The position numbers and the translations under genes are program-made. From assembly GCA_051530055.1 (NCBI GenBank), contig CM121342.1, forward strand, positions 4,587,489 through 4,651,488: a stretch of 64,000 nucleotides of DNA, read 5' to 3'. A model generated the notes under the pieces. The model did not search any database. It was not told the origin of the DNA and saw only the letters and a program-made list of their open reading frames with translations. Position 1 is the stretch's first letter. The number at the start of each line of letters is the position of its first letter. Below, piece after piece: positions 23,190-37,079 of this stretch. The DNA is from Neoechinorhynchus agilis (taxonomy: Eukaryota > Animalia > Acanthocephala).

Positions 23190-23960
23190 CGATAAGGCTC
23201 CAGCGCATATTCATTGCGAAATTATCCAGAAAGAGAGAAAATCCTTCGGGATAATAGACATGGATTTGCGGATACCATAATCCCGCTCGTCCCGATAAAA
23301 TATATTTTGAGATATTTCCAGGAAGATTAATCCTCATCCGAGTCATTGTTTCTCAGGTTTGTTTCGCAACTTAATCTTTTTGGAAATATCTCAAAATAAA
23401 ATTTATCCGGACGCATGGGATTTTGGTATCCACAAATCCACGTCTATCATCAAGAAGGATTTTTTCTTTTTCTGAATGAATAATTTCGTAATGTTGGATT
23501 CGTGGAGATCATTATCCAGCCGCGGATAAAATATATTTTATTTTTGGATATTTCCAAAAAGATTAAGTTGCGAAACAAGCCCGAAAAACAACGACTCGGA
23601 TGAGGATTAATCTTTTTGGAAATATCCAAAAATAAAATATATTTTATCCGCGGCTGGATAATGAATTCCACAGCTCCAACATTACGAAATTTTCATTAAA
23701 AGAGAGAAAATCCTTCTTGATGATAGACTTGGATTTGTGGATGCCATAAACCCACGCGTCCGGAAAAAATATATTTTGAGATATTTCCAAGAAGATTAAT
23801 CCTCATCCGAGTCATTGCTTCTCAAGTTTGTTACGGAACTTAATCTTTTTGGAAATATCCAAAAATAAAATATATTTTATCCGCGGCTGGATAATGAATT
23901 CCACAGCTCCAACATTACGAAATCATTCATCCAGAAAAAGAAAAAATCCTTCAGGATGAT
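23190..23960. repeat. 236-bp palindromic satellite family, locus 1 (about 3 units, rearranged)
   Basis: Same unit as 50025-51640. Contains an inverted loop (gttgcgaaacaagc...gactcggatgaggattaa) and swapped arms. Confidence 0.9.
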
Positions 23961-24269
23961 GGCCTGGACATGAATTGCCAAGATCTCTCGTTCTTCCAAT
24001 TAGCCGGATTTTTTGTCCAATGTCTGATTCATACCGAAGAAGTCAATGAACATTGTTCTCCTTATATTTTAGTTATTCGGTTGCCACACATTTTTTTTGT
24101 ATTCATCGTTCAAATTAGTCATCGACTGAGTTGGTGTGCTAGTTTCGACAACTTGTACCATCAAATAAAAGCGTTCATCATTGTTCTTTAAGAGTGTCGA
24201 TGATAATCCACAAAGTAAGACTTTTGCGGACTTTGAAAAAAGTGATATTATCAGAAAATCATCCTAAGG

Positions 24270-27000
24270 TTAGACCGAACATTCAAGTGGAATTAATCCC
24301 ATGTTATTTTTTGTAAACAAACGAGACGTTTCATCAACAACGGCATTGTCATATCTAAAAAAATTTGTAATATCTTAGATGATTTGGACTTTTGATTGGT
24401 TCTTTAGGTGGAGAAAATGGTGAGATTTGTTTTAAATACAAATCATGAAGTGGACAACTAAACAAAGATCTTTCATTTCTAATGACTAAGTTGGTAAAAA
24501 CTGCCGTGAGATTTAAAGAATTTTGAGCTGCTCCTTAGGTTGCGGCGATTACAAATCCAATCAGTGAAGTTGATTTTGTCTTAAAGCGGCAACAATGTAC
24601 TCCGTTCACAATTATAAATTTTCAAAACGATCATTATTTTTACAAAACAAAGATTAAAGCACATGTTTTCAGCATTTACTACAATTCTAATTGGGTTATT
24701 AGTTCCGACATTGGCCACCTTAAGATAAACTCATTCAAAAAAAAGTGTTTAATTATTATTACTTTTTTTTACTTGAACAAAAACGCTTATTTCCAATTCA
24801 CCAACTTGTGTTGTTTCATTTTCATCGTCAAAAAGGAAATATATCGTAGGATTGGGAGAATGAACGCAATTAAGATCGCAGAAGCCAGCAGATCGCGACG
24901 GTAGTAATTTGCGTTGAAACTTCATTTTCTCGACGCACATCAAGTAAAGAGACATTCTAAGTTCAGGATAATTGATGTGTAACGTATCAACAAAACAAAT
25001 AACTCACAATTGATTTTCGCATTGATCTTTCATCTCATCTTCATCTATGTTAATGCCAAGACCATTACATATTACGTATTCTAGTGATCGATCTTCATCG
25101 CTCATTCTAATCATCTTACTCGTATGCTGTCCAGGAATCGTAAATGTTGTTTCTAACATTAAATACCACTTGTGAAATCTATATCTGTGATCGGAACATC
25201 TAAGAAGAGCTTTACATGCATTGTTGATCCGGAGACGGTGTACCAGTACCACAACCTTTGGGCAAAGAAATCTTAAACGTTTTCTTCGTGAATTGTTCGA
25301 CGAAAATGAGCGCTGACTAAGATCATCTTGTTCGGATAACGACGAATCCGAAACTTGATGTAAAAGCTGTTTGGTTTCGCTAGTTCCTGTAGTCTTCACA
25401 TTTTCAGTGGACAATATAAAGTCAACCTGAGAAATGATTTCATCCATGAAATCGTTCACATTTAGGACTTTTAAGATGTCCGTCGATTGATGTTGGGACT
25501 CTGTAAAGGTATGACATTCTATATCTTCAGAATCCACTTTTCCATCGTTAGACTCTTCCAATTGAGAACCAAAAGATTCCATGAAGTCCGTTATCGATTC
25601 CGACAAATCCGAAGATTCAAGGTTAACGTCATCATAAGCGATCTGATACCGAAAGCGAACAATCTCATTGAACTCAAAGGATCCTTTTCTCCCAAGTACA
25701 TTTGCTATGCTCAAAATGTACTCACCGATCACATTTCCAGCGTGATCAATGAGTTTGATCTTTTCCACACACATAAAAAACGATCAGTAGTTAGCAAAAA
25801 CAAAGATAAAACTAACTAGCATTTGGTTGGCATCATTTTCAAAAGGAATTTTAAACTCGTCCTCAATTTGTTTCTTCAGCCTTTGGATCCGAGTTAGACA
25901 AATCAAATTGTCATTTAGGTAAAAAGTATATGAGACGAATAGATGGTAACCGTCATTTATTAGGTCTGAGATTAATTTAAATTTCAGACGTTTTACTTCA
26001 AGTACTTGAAAAAGCTTTAGCTTTAAGATTCCTCCAAATCGCTCTTTTTCTTTTATAAGAATTTCTTCACATTCCGTTTCTTGTTGGCAATTCTGACTGC
26101 GTTTCCACAACACAGCGTCCAAATTCAAGTTAGCAACTCCGATCACAAACCCATGGCTCGAATCAATACCATTAAATTTAACGAACTAGTGAGTGTGATG
26201 AAATTTGTGGTTGATTTTGTTAATATACATTCGAAACAAAAAACCCAACCTTATTCATCATTGGATTGACCACGTACGTTTTTGATGTATCCATAATTGA
26301 CGATGCCATATGATCATTGTCTGATGTTGATATGATAACGTTGGAATTGATCATAGTCTCGTGTAGTCGAATAAGGACTAATCGGTCCTCAACAAAAGTT
26401 TCGCCCGGTTGGCCACTTAGTTTTAATAAGGAAAATTTCAACTTTTGTTCCAAATCCTAAACTAAGCATTTTTTTAAGAATTCTATTTTATATACTTCAA
26501 TTACCTTTACTTTCTCATCTTTTTCGCTTAATTCTAATCGATAACTTTTAAAATCTGCAAGACATTCTTCTATTTTCATAGATTTATCCAGAATAGTGCA
26601 CTTTATTTCCTTGAGCTCTTTCAACAACTCTGAACTTGTTTGTTGTTCGTTTGCTTTTTTGTGAGGATTTTTTAATTCTAAAAATTAACCGAAACACCTA
26701 CGATTATTCTCATTTGCTTGAAAGTCTTCTACTTGAACTGAGACGTCATTCAATTTAGGTTTGTTTTTCAAACTCTGAATTTCCTGAAACAAAAAGTGAG
26801 CATGGTTCGTTGTTCATATTTCTCACCTCATCTACTTTCATTATACGAAAAGTCAGATCCTCAATTATCTTATCCTTTTCTTTTATTGAACTCAGCACTT
26901 CCATTATTACTCGGTCCATGTTTGTTTGCAATAAATACTTTTGTTCAGCAGCCACCGTCTCGACCAGTCTTTTCTTTTCATTTGCTTTTAACTAATTTTT
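24270..27000 (-). CDS. Multi-exon gene with coiled-coil N-terminal exons and C2-like beta-rich segments (possibly a C2CD3/RPGRIP1L-type ciliary protein)
   Basis: Collinear minus-strand ORFs at 26755-26955, 26220-26453, 25784-26146, 25004-25774 and 24749-24955, separated by short intron-like gaps. Segments IGVANLNL, LFVSYTFY and VGELEISV are C2-like. Identity is weak and both ends are uncertain; the 5' exon may lie near 28330-28470. Confidence 0.4.
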
Positions 27001-27119
27001 CAAAACTAGTCAGTAAAAATGTTCGAACTTTTCTTATAAAAAAAGTATTATTTAAAGAGTTTATTAAAAACGTTCTCTTGTTTGAGTTTTTTTTGAAAAT
27101 ACGCTTTTAATTATCATTA

Positions 27120-28080
27120 GTTTGTTAGCTTTTTTTGAAAATACGCTTTTAATTCTACAAAAAAAGGAACTAAAACAAATTGAAATGTTTTCTGTAAGCA
27201 TCGTAGAGTTCATCATTAGCTCGTTTTCGAAAAAAAGCTTTTAATTCTACAAAAAAGGAACTAAAAAAATTGAAACGTTTTCTGTAAGCATCGTCGCGTT
27301 CATCATTAGTTCGTTTTTGAAAAAAAAGCTTTTAATTCTACAAAAAAGGAACTAAAAAAAATTGAAACGTTTTCTGTAAGCATCGTCGCGTTCATCATTA
27401 GTTCGTTTTTTAAAAAAAAAGCTTTTAATTCTACAAAAAAGGAACTAAAACAAATTGAAACTTTTTCTGTAAGCATCGTCGCGTTCATCATTAGTTCGTT
27501 TTTGAAAAAAAAGCTTTTAATTCTACAAAAAAGGAACTAAAAAAATTGAAACGTTTTCTGTAAGCATCGTCGCGTTCATCATTAGTTCGTTTTTTAAAAA
27601 AAAAGCTTTTAATTCTACAAAAAAGGAACTAAAACAAATTGAAACTTTTTCTGTAAGCATCGTCGCGTTCATCATTAGTTCGTTTTTGAAAAAAAAGCTT
27701 TTAATTCTACAAAAAAGGAACTAAAAAAATTGAAACGTTTTCTGTAAGCATCGTCGCGTTCATCATTAGTTCGTTTTTAAAAAAAAAGCTTTTAATTCTA
27801 CAAAAAAGGAACTAAAACAAATTGAAACGTTTTCTGTAAGCATCGTCGAGTTCATCATTAGTTCGTTTTTTTAAAAAAAGCTTTTAATTCTACAAAAAAG
27901 GAACTAAAACAAATTGAAACGTTTTTTGTAAGCATCTTTGAGTTCATCATTAGTTCGTTTTTTAAAAAAAGCTTTTAATTCTACAAAAAAGGAACTAAAA
28001 CAAATTGAAACGTTTTCTGTAAGCATATTTGAGTTCATCATTAGCTCGTTTTTGAAAAAAAAGCCTTTAATTTTTACAAA
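27120..28080. repeat. Tandem array, about 92-bp unit, about 10 copies
   Basis: ttaattctac recurs at 27241, 27332, 27425 and onward. Confidence 0.95.
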
Positions 28081-28501
28081 AAGGCAAAATTTTCACTAGT
28101 AAATCGTTAATTTGGAGGGACTCAAAAAGAAAACTTTACATTTTTACAATGTATTTGATGATTCGGGGCGTTTTAATTGCGCCTCAGATTAACAGAATGA
28201 TTTTTTTGGGGAAAAAGGAAACTAAATTACCTTTTTCTGAAGTGATTTGATGATTAGTTCGTACTTTATGACCCGATCACGTAACGATCGTACTCTTTCC
28301 TCTCTAATAAGAGAAAAAAAGGTTTGAATAAGTTATAAAATAGACTTTAACGCCGACAATTGGCTTAGATTATTGGCATTTGTTTGGCGAGTATCTTTTA
28401 CTTCTTGGTCTCTGATTGACGATTTACTTGGGACTTTTTGAATGATTAGTTCATGACGTTTCGACATGAGTCTAAAATCTGAGTATTTTTTTTGAGAGAG
28501 G

Positions 28502-28990
28502 ATGTTATTGTTACTTTTAATTCTACTGACCAATGGAGTGAACAATGTACCGAACAAAAGAAACTTTCAATCGGATACAATTCATCTTAGTATGCTTCCG
28601 GAAGTGGATGTTCGTCAAAGTCAACGATCATCGGTGTATAAGGAGGAATCGGGATTTAAAAGATTCTATGACCATTTGACTGCAAATGATATGAAAAGTT
28701 CAAATATGGATCTTCTTTATCCAACATATTCTCCAAATTATATGGTTCCGTTCGTCCTACCGCCTGACAACAACAACAACAAACCATCACCAATTAACAA
28801 CAACAACAACAACAAAAACCCAATCAACAAAGGCATTCGTGACCGAATCGAGACCATCAAGAAGGAATTAGATTCCGAATTAACTGAACATAGAATTAGA
28901 AATGCTATCAAAAAAGCAATGCATCTCAATGACGGCGGTGAATTACTCGCCAAGTTTTACGACCTTCTCTTAGGAAAAGTGGTTTCTTAG
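28502..28990 (+). CDS. Hypothetical 162-aa protein, possibly secreted
   Basis: ATG-initiated ORF with hydrophobic N-terminus MLLLLLILL, KR dibasic sites and poly-Asn runs. No family recognised. Confidence 0.5.
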   Translation: MLLLLLILLTNGVNNVPNKRNFQSDTIHLSMLPEVDVRQSQRSSVYKEESGFKRFYDHLTANDMKSSNMDLLYPTYSPNYMVPFVLPPDNNNNKPSPINNNNNNKNPINKGIRDRIETIKKELDSELTEHRIRNAIKKAMHLNDGGELLAKFYDLLLGKVVS

Positions 28991-29699
28991 AAAAAAAGAA
29001 GCTAATTTAAATGTGGTGCGATTAATCCTGAATCTCGATGGTCTTCAATTAGTGTCCGCATTACGTCATTATCTGGAAGAACACAAAAACACACGGTCAT
29101 CACTCACCTGAATTGCGCGTGGCTTACGCGATTCGGGAGGAAATCAGAAAAAATCGAGTTTATTCGATTCGTGATTTCCTGTGTTATTACCTTTCAAAAG
29201 CAAACATCTAAATTTTATAATGATTTTCCTCGTTAGAAAGGACAGACACAACGAGGCAGAGGGGATGCTCAATAAGAGGGATGAGCTGACGGACAGCGTT
29301 GCCCTCCTCTGATTCCTTTTCAGATAACCGAAGAAAAGCTTCCTGACGAAGACGCAAGGCGTCGAAAATTTGAAGCAATAAACAAATAAAACACCCATTT
29401 TCCGTTCGATGATATATCTGGAACGTTTACAAATAGCTCTGACCCAACCTTATAAGCGCTCCCGCAAACAATAAACACCAATTCGCCAACTAGAACGAAG
29501 ACCTTCCAACCAAATCGGATATTCTCAAACGAACCGTCCTCGACTGAATAGTGCCATCTTAACGGATACGCTTTTTTTTAACAATTGTGAACTCGAGTGC
29601 TTATGAGGACCCAAACAAGCAAATGGGTCCTGCTATTTCTTTCCAAGAAACTTTCATCCAAAATTCGTTCGGGTAGTAATTTAACACCTCTTCGTCTAC

Positions 29700-30150
29700 G
29701 CAACCCTGATCCCTTCAAAAAAATTGTCCTCTTCTGAACTGAAACATGCTCTAGACTCCGTCAATCAGAACCTCTGCCCTTGGACTCTACGGAAATCATT
29801 ACGCTCACAACTGACACTGTAAAATTTCCGATACTCCCCTTATTATCGTCATTTGAAGTCCCCACAATCCGAAATCCCAATCTGGGATTGTTGGATCATC
29901 CCCGAACTCATAGAATCTCTTACCCTCATTGCCTGAAAACTGCTAAAGTTATCCTTGTTCCAAAAAAATGGATATCCTATTTCCACAAAATCATTCCGTC
30001 CAATATCCATTCTACCCGCCGCTCTTTCAAAAATCATCGAAAAATGTTTTAAATCGTGCCTTCTTCTACTTCTCAACAACAACGAGTTATCGCCCCTACA
30101 ATTCGGCTTCCGGCCCAAAGTTTCTGCGACGGATGCCCTAATTGTCCCAA
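29700..30150 (+). pseudogene. Degenerate APE-type LINE reverse transcriptase fragment
   Basis: Frameshifted YPHCLKTAKVILVPKK / GYPISTKSFRPISILPAALSKIIEK...LSPLQFGFRP..SATDAL, typical of the start of a non-LTR RT domain. Confidence 0.8.
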
Positions 30151-30391
30151 AAGGTCCTTAAACGAAATCATCCAAATCAAAGATTTCTTTATCAAGCACA
30201 AACTCTACCTGAACTTCTCTAAATGCTTCCCTCAATCTCCCGCAACCCCACGCACTACCCTGATCTTCCAAATGACATCTAACGAGTCACATCCCTCAGA
30301 ATTCTGTGTCTCTAATTTCAATCAAATCTGAAATGAGTTTCGCAAACAGATATGCGATATGTGAGGAGGTACCGGGGAATGTGATTAGAGA

Positions 30392-30560
30392 ATTATTGTT
30401 TAGAAGTCTACACCCGTGCTAAATGATTATCCAATAAAGACGTTTCGAACGTCGTCTGGTTCATCATCTGAGTTTGTTAGTAAAAAACACTACCTGACGA
30501 GGCTCGCAGAACGTCTTTAATGAAAGAAATTACCACGGGTGAAGACTTCTAAACAATTAT
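30392..30560. mobile_element. Palindromic element with hammerhead-like core (Penelope pLTR-like), copy 1
   Basis: Terminal IRs ttattgtttagaagtct..cacccgt / acgggtgaagacttctaaacaat. The minus strand reads CAGAUGAU-GAAC-loop-GUUC-GAAAC-GUC-UUU. Confidence 0.6.
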
Positions 30561-30839
30561 TCCCGATATGCCATAGCCCAGATCAGGGACAAAATGAGAG
30601 AGTGCCGCTCAAAGTCGTATCGCCACGAGTGAGGAAAGGTCGATGCAGAGGGAAAACGCTCAAAAGACCGGCCTTCGACCTCGAAAAATGGGTGAAGAGA
30701 TCCTCAAAAGCCGACTTCCATTCGGGATAAAGACTGAAAAATAATGAAGGCATTGAAACTTAATTTGCTGATTCCCTGTTCGTCTTTCAATTTATACGCT
30801 TTTTTAGCAGGCTGCTTAACCCGGTCTTGAACTACATCA

Positions 30840-33800
30840 TTAAAGACCATCTTCATTGACCAATTCAAACACCCCTCTTGATTTTTTGAGCAAATAACCT
30901 GTCTCGTTCAGCTTCTGGATCAAAACGTTACTTGAATCTTCGTCCATTCCACACATTGTCTATACTTAAAAGTTGTATTACGGCGACACGTCCAATGAAG
31001 AATACCTCGGCAATTTGCTTAAGATCTCCAACCGAGAAAGTGAACGACTTATTCGATCTCGCTTGGTGTCTTAATGACTCGATGAATCTTTTAGTCTTTC
31101 AAGAATCATGAGCAGTTATATAGTCAAAAAATTGGTCAAAACCTTTTTTGCACTTGTACATTTTCCCGAATTAAATTGGGTTAAAACTGCACAATAAGTC
31201 TCATTCGACTGTTTAATTCTAAATACAAATTAATGTTTCCTTCAAAATCAGAAGCAACTCACGAATACTCGAATATATGTATGGCATCCTGGACATCGCG
31301 TTCATTAGTCAGTTCCCTCAACTCCAATCTTGCTCTTGCTTTTGTTAATCGAATAATGGTCTCAAGGTGTCGAATGTTGATGGCTGGCAAACGTTTTCGA
31401 AGGTCGATGAAATACGGTTCGATTAGGTTAGTAGCACATTCCGAGCTAAGCTTCACATTTACGTATCTTCGAGCGTATGCGATATACTAAAATTTGAACA
31501 TTTAATATTAACAAGACATGAGAGCCCATAAAAAGGTCCACATTTACAATCTTCCCTACAATTTAGATGTTTTTTGGTGGAAGATTTGACATTTTTGTCC
31601 TTTAAATTAGTGATCATAATCCTGGATAGAAAATATTTTATTGACCTATTTCGTGAGGAAGACCGAGCCATACAAATTAACTGAAATCTTTTAGATGGCT
31701 GATGAGGATTCTCATCGTTTTTTTTCGAAATAAAGGCAAATGCTAGAGAATGCGGTCAAGATGCGATCCTGTGCCTTATGATCATTACACATCTCAAACT
31801 CTCAAATCCCGAATTATTTTCTCTTGCCGATTATTCTGTAATTACTCTTACTTTGCTAAGCAGTTGTATAGGCACAATTTCCTTTTGTGAGGGCATTGCG
31901 AAGATCGATGATCCCAATGTAGTCGGTGTATAACAACTTTCTCTATCCGTATTACCTCGCTGTTGAGCCATAATGAACTCAGACAACTTCATATCGACTT
32001 CTGGATCTGGTTTATCAACCAATACAAAAATAAGATCGAATCTCGATAAAAGATTTGGCCGAATGTTGGTATTTAATGGTTTTCGAACTCGTCCACTGGT
32101 TGGATTTGCGGCGGCTATCACCGTCGTTCTCGAATTTAAGGTGCATACAATACCTGCTTTGGCAATTGTAACGCTTTGCTGTTCCATTGCTTCGAGTAAG
32201 CTTTGTTGTTGAAGAGCGTTCATCTTGTCGAACTCATCAATGCAGCATAATCCCTTATCCGCCAACACGAGTGCTCCTGCGTCCAAGCATTGGTCGCCGA
32301 ACTCATTTCGAGAAACGGAAACCTTTTTTTAGTTAAATTAGTCAAAATACTTTCATTAGGTAACGTCCGTTAAAACTTTTAAACAAACGCACATATTTTC
32401 AAATTCACAAGCAATGATAGGTCTTGATAATGTCGGAATTATCCGACGAAATATCGAGGAAATAAATCCAGGAATTCCCCCGAAGGTAATAATCCAAGAA
32501 ATTTGATTGAATCGCTCATAATACAAACCGTTAGTCCGGATGCACTTGAAGCATTTCCAGAAACAAACACACTTCTTTGAGCCAAAGCACAACAGTTGTT
32601 TAAGAGTCTACTTTTGCCCATTCCAGGATCACCCAAAAGCAGGACGTGGATGTCATTTCTCCGACGACTCTAAATGATAAATTGATGTAAACATAATCTG
32701 TCTATTTTGATCACTTAATTATGAAAATTTAGCACTACACTCACCCATTGCTCCGTTTCGTTAGGAAACGTTGAATCTGTTGTAATCGAAGCTCCGAACA
32801 GAGCTAACAAAAGACCAGCTTTGATCGTATTATGTCCGTAAATTGTAGGAGCCATTGAGGAAATTAAAAGACTTTAAGGTAAGATTATTAATGTAAAATC
32901 TATCCTACTTGAATAGATGTGGTTTTTCACTGAGTTCTCTTATGGCATAAAGATCATCGATGCTAAAATCTTCAGCTAAGCTATTGACCGTTCCATGGGC
33001 TCCATCCGTTGAGAGTACCAATATTGAGTATGCATTTATATAGAGTTTGAACGAACATTGTTGATTTTGTTGGTATAACGAACGGTCATCTAAGAAGAAA
33101 TAATATTTGATTGCTAGAATGATCCGATAAAAATACCCTCATTGTCTGCCTTAACGACGCCAGAGATTTGAACGCAATTACCCGGTGCGCAAAGATCCAT
33201 TAGGTCAGATCCCACGCATCTGACATCGATAAATCTTGGTGCTCGTCCAAATGAGTCGATTGTAGGTTTGTAAACGTCCGGATCATCATCTCCGAATCGA
33301 GATTCTACATCCATTTCAGCTTCCTGGATTCTGCACAACGGAAAAAAATGGGATTAAAAATACGAGTACGTTTTAGCTTTTTTTCAGAAAGCGGAACTTT
33401 ATTCTTTGTTCGTCTACTTTAGGTTTTAAAATCCGAATACTAAGGTCACCGAAATGCCCAATGTCTCCCTCTAGTCTTTTCTGTATACCTCATAAATCCA
33501 TGATTATTGTTGTTAAATGTTTATTGAAAATATATTTTTGGTGAAACCTCAAAAGGAAAAACTTACAAGCAATGACTGACTAAGAATATTTGAGTTCGTA
33601 GAGTTCAATAATAAAGTTCGAGTGTGTAACAATTCGCAGTTGAGAATACACATCAACTTGAAGGAACGATTGAATAGAATTAAATCAAATATCTTTGTGT
33701 ACTTCAAGGATTATTTTCACCAAAAATATAAACTTTGATTAACCCTAAAGGATTTTCTCTGTCGATGTTTATTGTAAATATATTTTTGGTGAAACCTCAA

Positions 33801-36800
33801 AAGGAAAAACTTACAAGCAATGACTGACTAGGAATATTTGAGTTCGTAGAGTTCAATAATAAAGTTCGAGTGTGTAACAATTCGCAGTTGAGAATACACA
33901 TCAACTTGAAGGAACGATTGAATAGAATTAAATCAAATATCTTTGTGTACTTCAAGGATTATTTTCACCAAAAATATAAACTTTGATTAACCCTAAAGGA
34001 TTTTCTCTGTCGATGTTTATTGTAAATATATTTTTGGTGAAACCTCAAAAGGAAAAACTTACAAGCAATGACTGACTAAGAATATTTGAGTTCGTAGAGT
34101 TCAATAATAAAGTTCGAGTGTGTAACAATTCGCAGTTGAGAATACACATCAACTTGAAGGAACGATTGAATAGAATTAAATCAAATATCTTTGTGTACTT
34201 CAAGGATTATTTTCACCAAAAATATAAACTTTGATTAACCCTAAAGGATTTTCTCTGTCGATGTTTATTGTAAATATATTTTTGGTGAAACCTCAAAAGG
34301 AAAAACTTACAAGCAATGACTGACTAAGAATATTTGAGTTCGTAGAGTTCAATAATAAAGTTCGAGTGTGTAACAATTCGCAGTTGAGAATACACATCAA
34401 CTTGAAGGAACGATTGGATAGAATTAAATCAAATATCTTTGTGTACTTCAAGGATTATTTTCACCAAAAATATAAACTTTGATCAACCCTAAAGGATTTT
34501 CTCTGTCGATGTTTATTGTAAATATATTTTTGGTGAAACCTCAAAAGGAAAAACTTACAAGCAATGACTGACTAGGAATATTTGAGTTCGTAGAGTTCAA
34601 TAATAAAGTTCGAGTGTGTAACAATTCGCAGTTGAGAATACACATCAACTTGAAGGAACGATTGAATAGAATTAAATCAAATATCTTTGTGTACTACAAA
34701 GATTATTTTCACCAAAAATATAAACTTTGATTAACCCTAAGGGATTTTCTCTGTCGATGTTTATTGTAAAGTTTCAATTTTAGGCGTTGTTCAAAATAAA
34801 ATGACTCACCTAATCTGTTGACTATCAACACATTGCCTAAACATTTTTCCACGAGAATCACCAAGAAGAGCATGCAATGATGTTGAATTGCACTTTATAC
34901 ATTTGGTTGGGCCTTTTGATTTTACGGATTTCAGCAAATATCCCTATAGAATTCGGTGAGCCAAAAACAAAACTGTTAGTATTTCACCAATATGGAACCG
35001 CATCGAGAGCACTCATAAGCCAATGATAAGCAAACGGGTTGTATAGTGCCAACTCTTGCGACGCGCCCTCTGATGGTAATAAATTCGCCTTATTTAAGCG
35101 AAAATAAGAGTTCGATTGAACACTCAAAAATCGAATCACTTACCGTATAAATTCGATCTGATTGATGCGATTTCCACGAGCCATCTGTCCGTATTCATTG
35201 GTCGACAAACGACTTTTGAAGGAATATTGCGTTCAACATCAATGTTACCGAACTCGACACACAATTGAGATAATTCTATTGTCTCGCGTTCATAAATAAT
35301 CTGTAAAAAATCGATATATATGTTTGGTAATGTAAAAAAGACAGGAACTTGGTAGTAAGATAGAGCCAAGAGATTAAATATGTTCTCAGATTTCGAATCG
35401 AAATCATTGAGTCTTTGCCGGACTGTTTCACTACTGAATGTACCTAAAGTAAGGCAAATACTGAGGTTTGTTTAGTTTACTATTAACTTGACCGGTAAAG
35501 ATTTTTAGGGTTTGAAATTAAAGGATTATCCCATGAGAGCAAAAGCGTTTTTAAATAAAGATTCATTTCATTTTGATTGGTTAACTGACCAATGAAATCC
35601 TACGCGAATTCTGAGCTTTGTTAGTTTGCTATTAACTTGACCGGTAAAGATTTTTAGGGTTTGAAATTAAAGGATTATTCCATGAGAGCAAAAGCGTTTT
35701 TAAATAAAGATTCATTTCATTTTGATTGGTTAACTGACCAATGAAATCCTAGGCGAATTCTGAGCTTTGTTTAGTTTACTATTAACTTGACCGGTAAAGA
35801 TTTTTAGGGTTTGAAATTAAAGGATTATCCCATGAGAGCAAAAGCGTTTTTAAATAAAGATTCATTTCATTTTGATTGGTTAACTGACCAATGAAATCCT
35901 AGGCGAATTCTGAGCTTTGTTAGTTTACTATTAACTTGACCGGTAAAGATTTTTAGGGTTTGAAATTAAAGGATTATTCCATGAGAGCAAAAGCGTTTTT
36001 AAATAAAGATTCATTTCATTTTGATTGGTTAACTGACCAATGAAATCCTAGGCGAATTCTGAGCTTTGTTTAGTTTACTATTAACTTGACCGGTAAAGAT
36101 TTTTAGGGTTTGAAATTAAAGGATTATCCCATGAGAGCAAAAGCGTTTTTAAATAAAGATTCATTTCATTTTGATTGGTTAACTGACCAATGAAATCCTA
36201 GGCGAATTCTGAGCTTTGTTTAGTTTACTATTAACTTGACCGGTAAAGATTTTTAGGATTTGAAATTAAAGGATCATCCCATGAGAGCAAAAGCGTTTTT
36301 AAATAAAGATTCATTTCATTTTGATTGGTTAACTGATCAATGAAATCCTACGCGAATTCTGAGCTTTGTTAGTTTGCTATTAACTTGACCGGTAAAGATT
36401 TTTAGGGTTTGAAATTAAAGAATTATCCCATGAGAGCAATAAAAGAATTTTGAATGTTTAATTGGCCAATGAAATCAAAGGCAAATTTTGAGCTCAAGTG
36501 TGGGATTTAAGACGATGCTGTGTTGTAAACATTCCGTTAAAAACGAGGAATTTCTTAAATTCTGTACAATTTCGTCGCCTATGAAAGCTTACGCGGTTCT
36601 GAATGATATTATAAAAGTGGCTTACCGTTTTTTCCGGAATCCAAAAGTACTTCAATGTCAACGCGAATGCAGTTATTTTCTCGGCTGAATATAAATCTCG
36701 GTCTACCGTGACTATCGGCCTAGCCATAAAAAATCCACAAAATGGTTAATATTAATGGTTAAATACATCTTGGTTTTCGAAATACTCCTTGAATTCTTTG

Positions 36801-37079
36801 AAGCAAACGACGTCTTCGTGATTTGGCTCGAATTCTAAACGTATTTATGGTAAAAACGTGAACATGGTAGAGACCTTTTGTAGGGAAGTAGAGGTACCAT
36901 CCTTTGCAGAATTCGACCGAATTCGTTATATCAGACACGATAATGTTTTCGGAAGCTGGATTTATGGGCGAATTTAACCGATAAGAAGTAAAAAACCAAC
37001 GATCAATTTGTTCATTTTGATCGCTTGTGTCTCTTTTGTGTGTATAATGGCGGAAACGCCGATATGGAAATCTACGCAT
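30840..37079 (-). CDS. MCM8: DNA helicase MCM8, many exons
   Basis: N-terminal FCKGWYLYFP; ITIRGRVARVG...YECSRCG; RCVGSDLMDLCAPG; Walker A GDPGMGKSRLL; AGALVLADKGLCCIDEFDKM; IAAANP; LLSRFDLIF; IRHLETIIRLTKARARL; winged helix KLNETGYLLKKS, with stop at 30840-30842. Confidence 0.92.
33510..34772. repeat. Intronic tandem array, 248-bp unit, about 5 copies (MCM8 intron)
   Basis: gatgtttatt at 33764, 34012 and 34260. The flanking exons join in frame (ATT AG|A ATC CAG GAA = IRIQE) across about 33332-34809. Confidence 0.95.
35470..36440. repeat. Intronic tandem array, about 150-bp unit, about 6.5 copies (MCM8 intron)
   Basis: gaccggtaaa at 35490, 35639 and 35789. Lies between the MCM8 exons at about 35136-35369 and 36494-36727. 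Confidence 0.95.

Noticed and set aside
31695-31735. ctgatgag...cgaaa as a hammerhead ribozyme
   Set aside because: No helix II between the core boxes and no matching helix I/III.
33510-34772. Each 248-bp unit has a minus-strand GTAAGT donor and a tttag acceptor, suggesting tandem cassette exons of MCM8
   Set aside because: All three frames of the putative exon hit stops within about 15 codons, and the flanking exons already join in frame. At most poison exons; no evidence.
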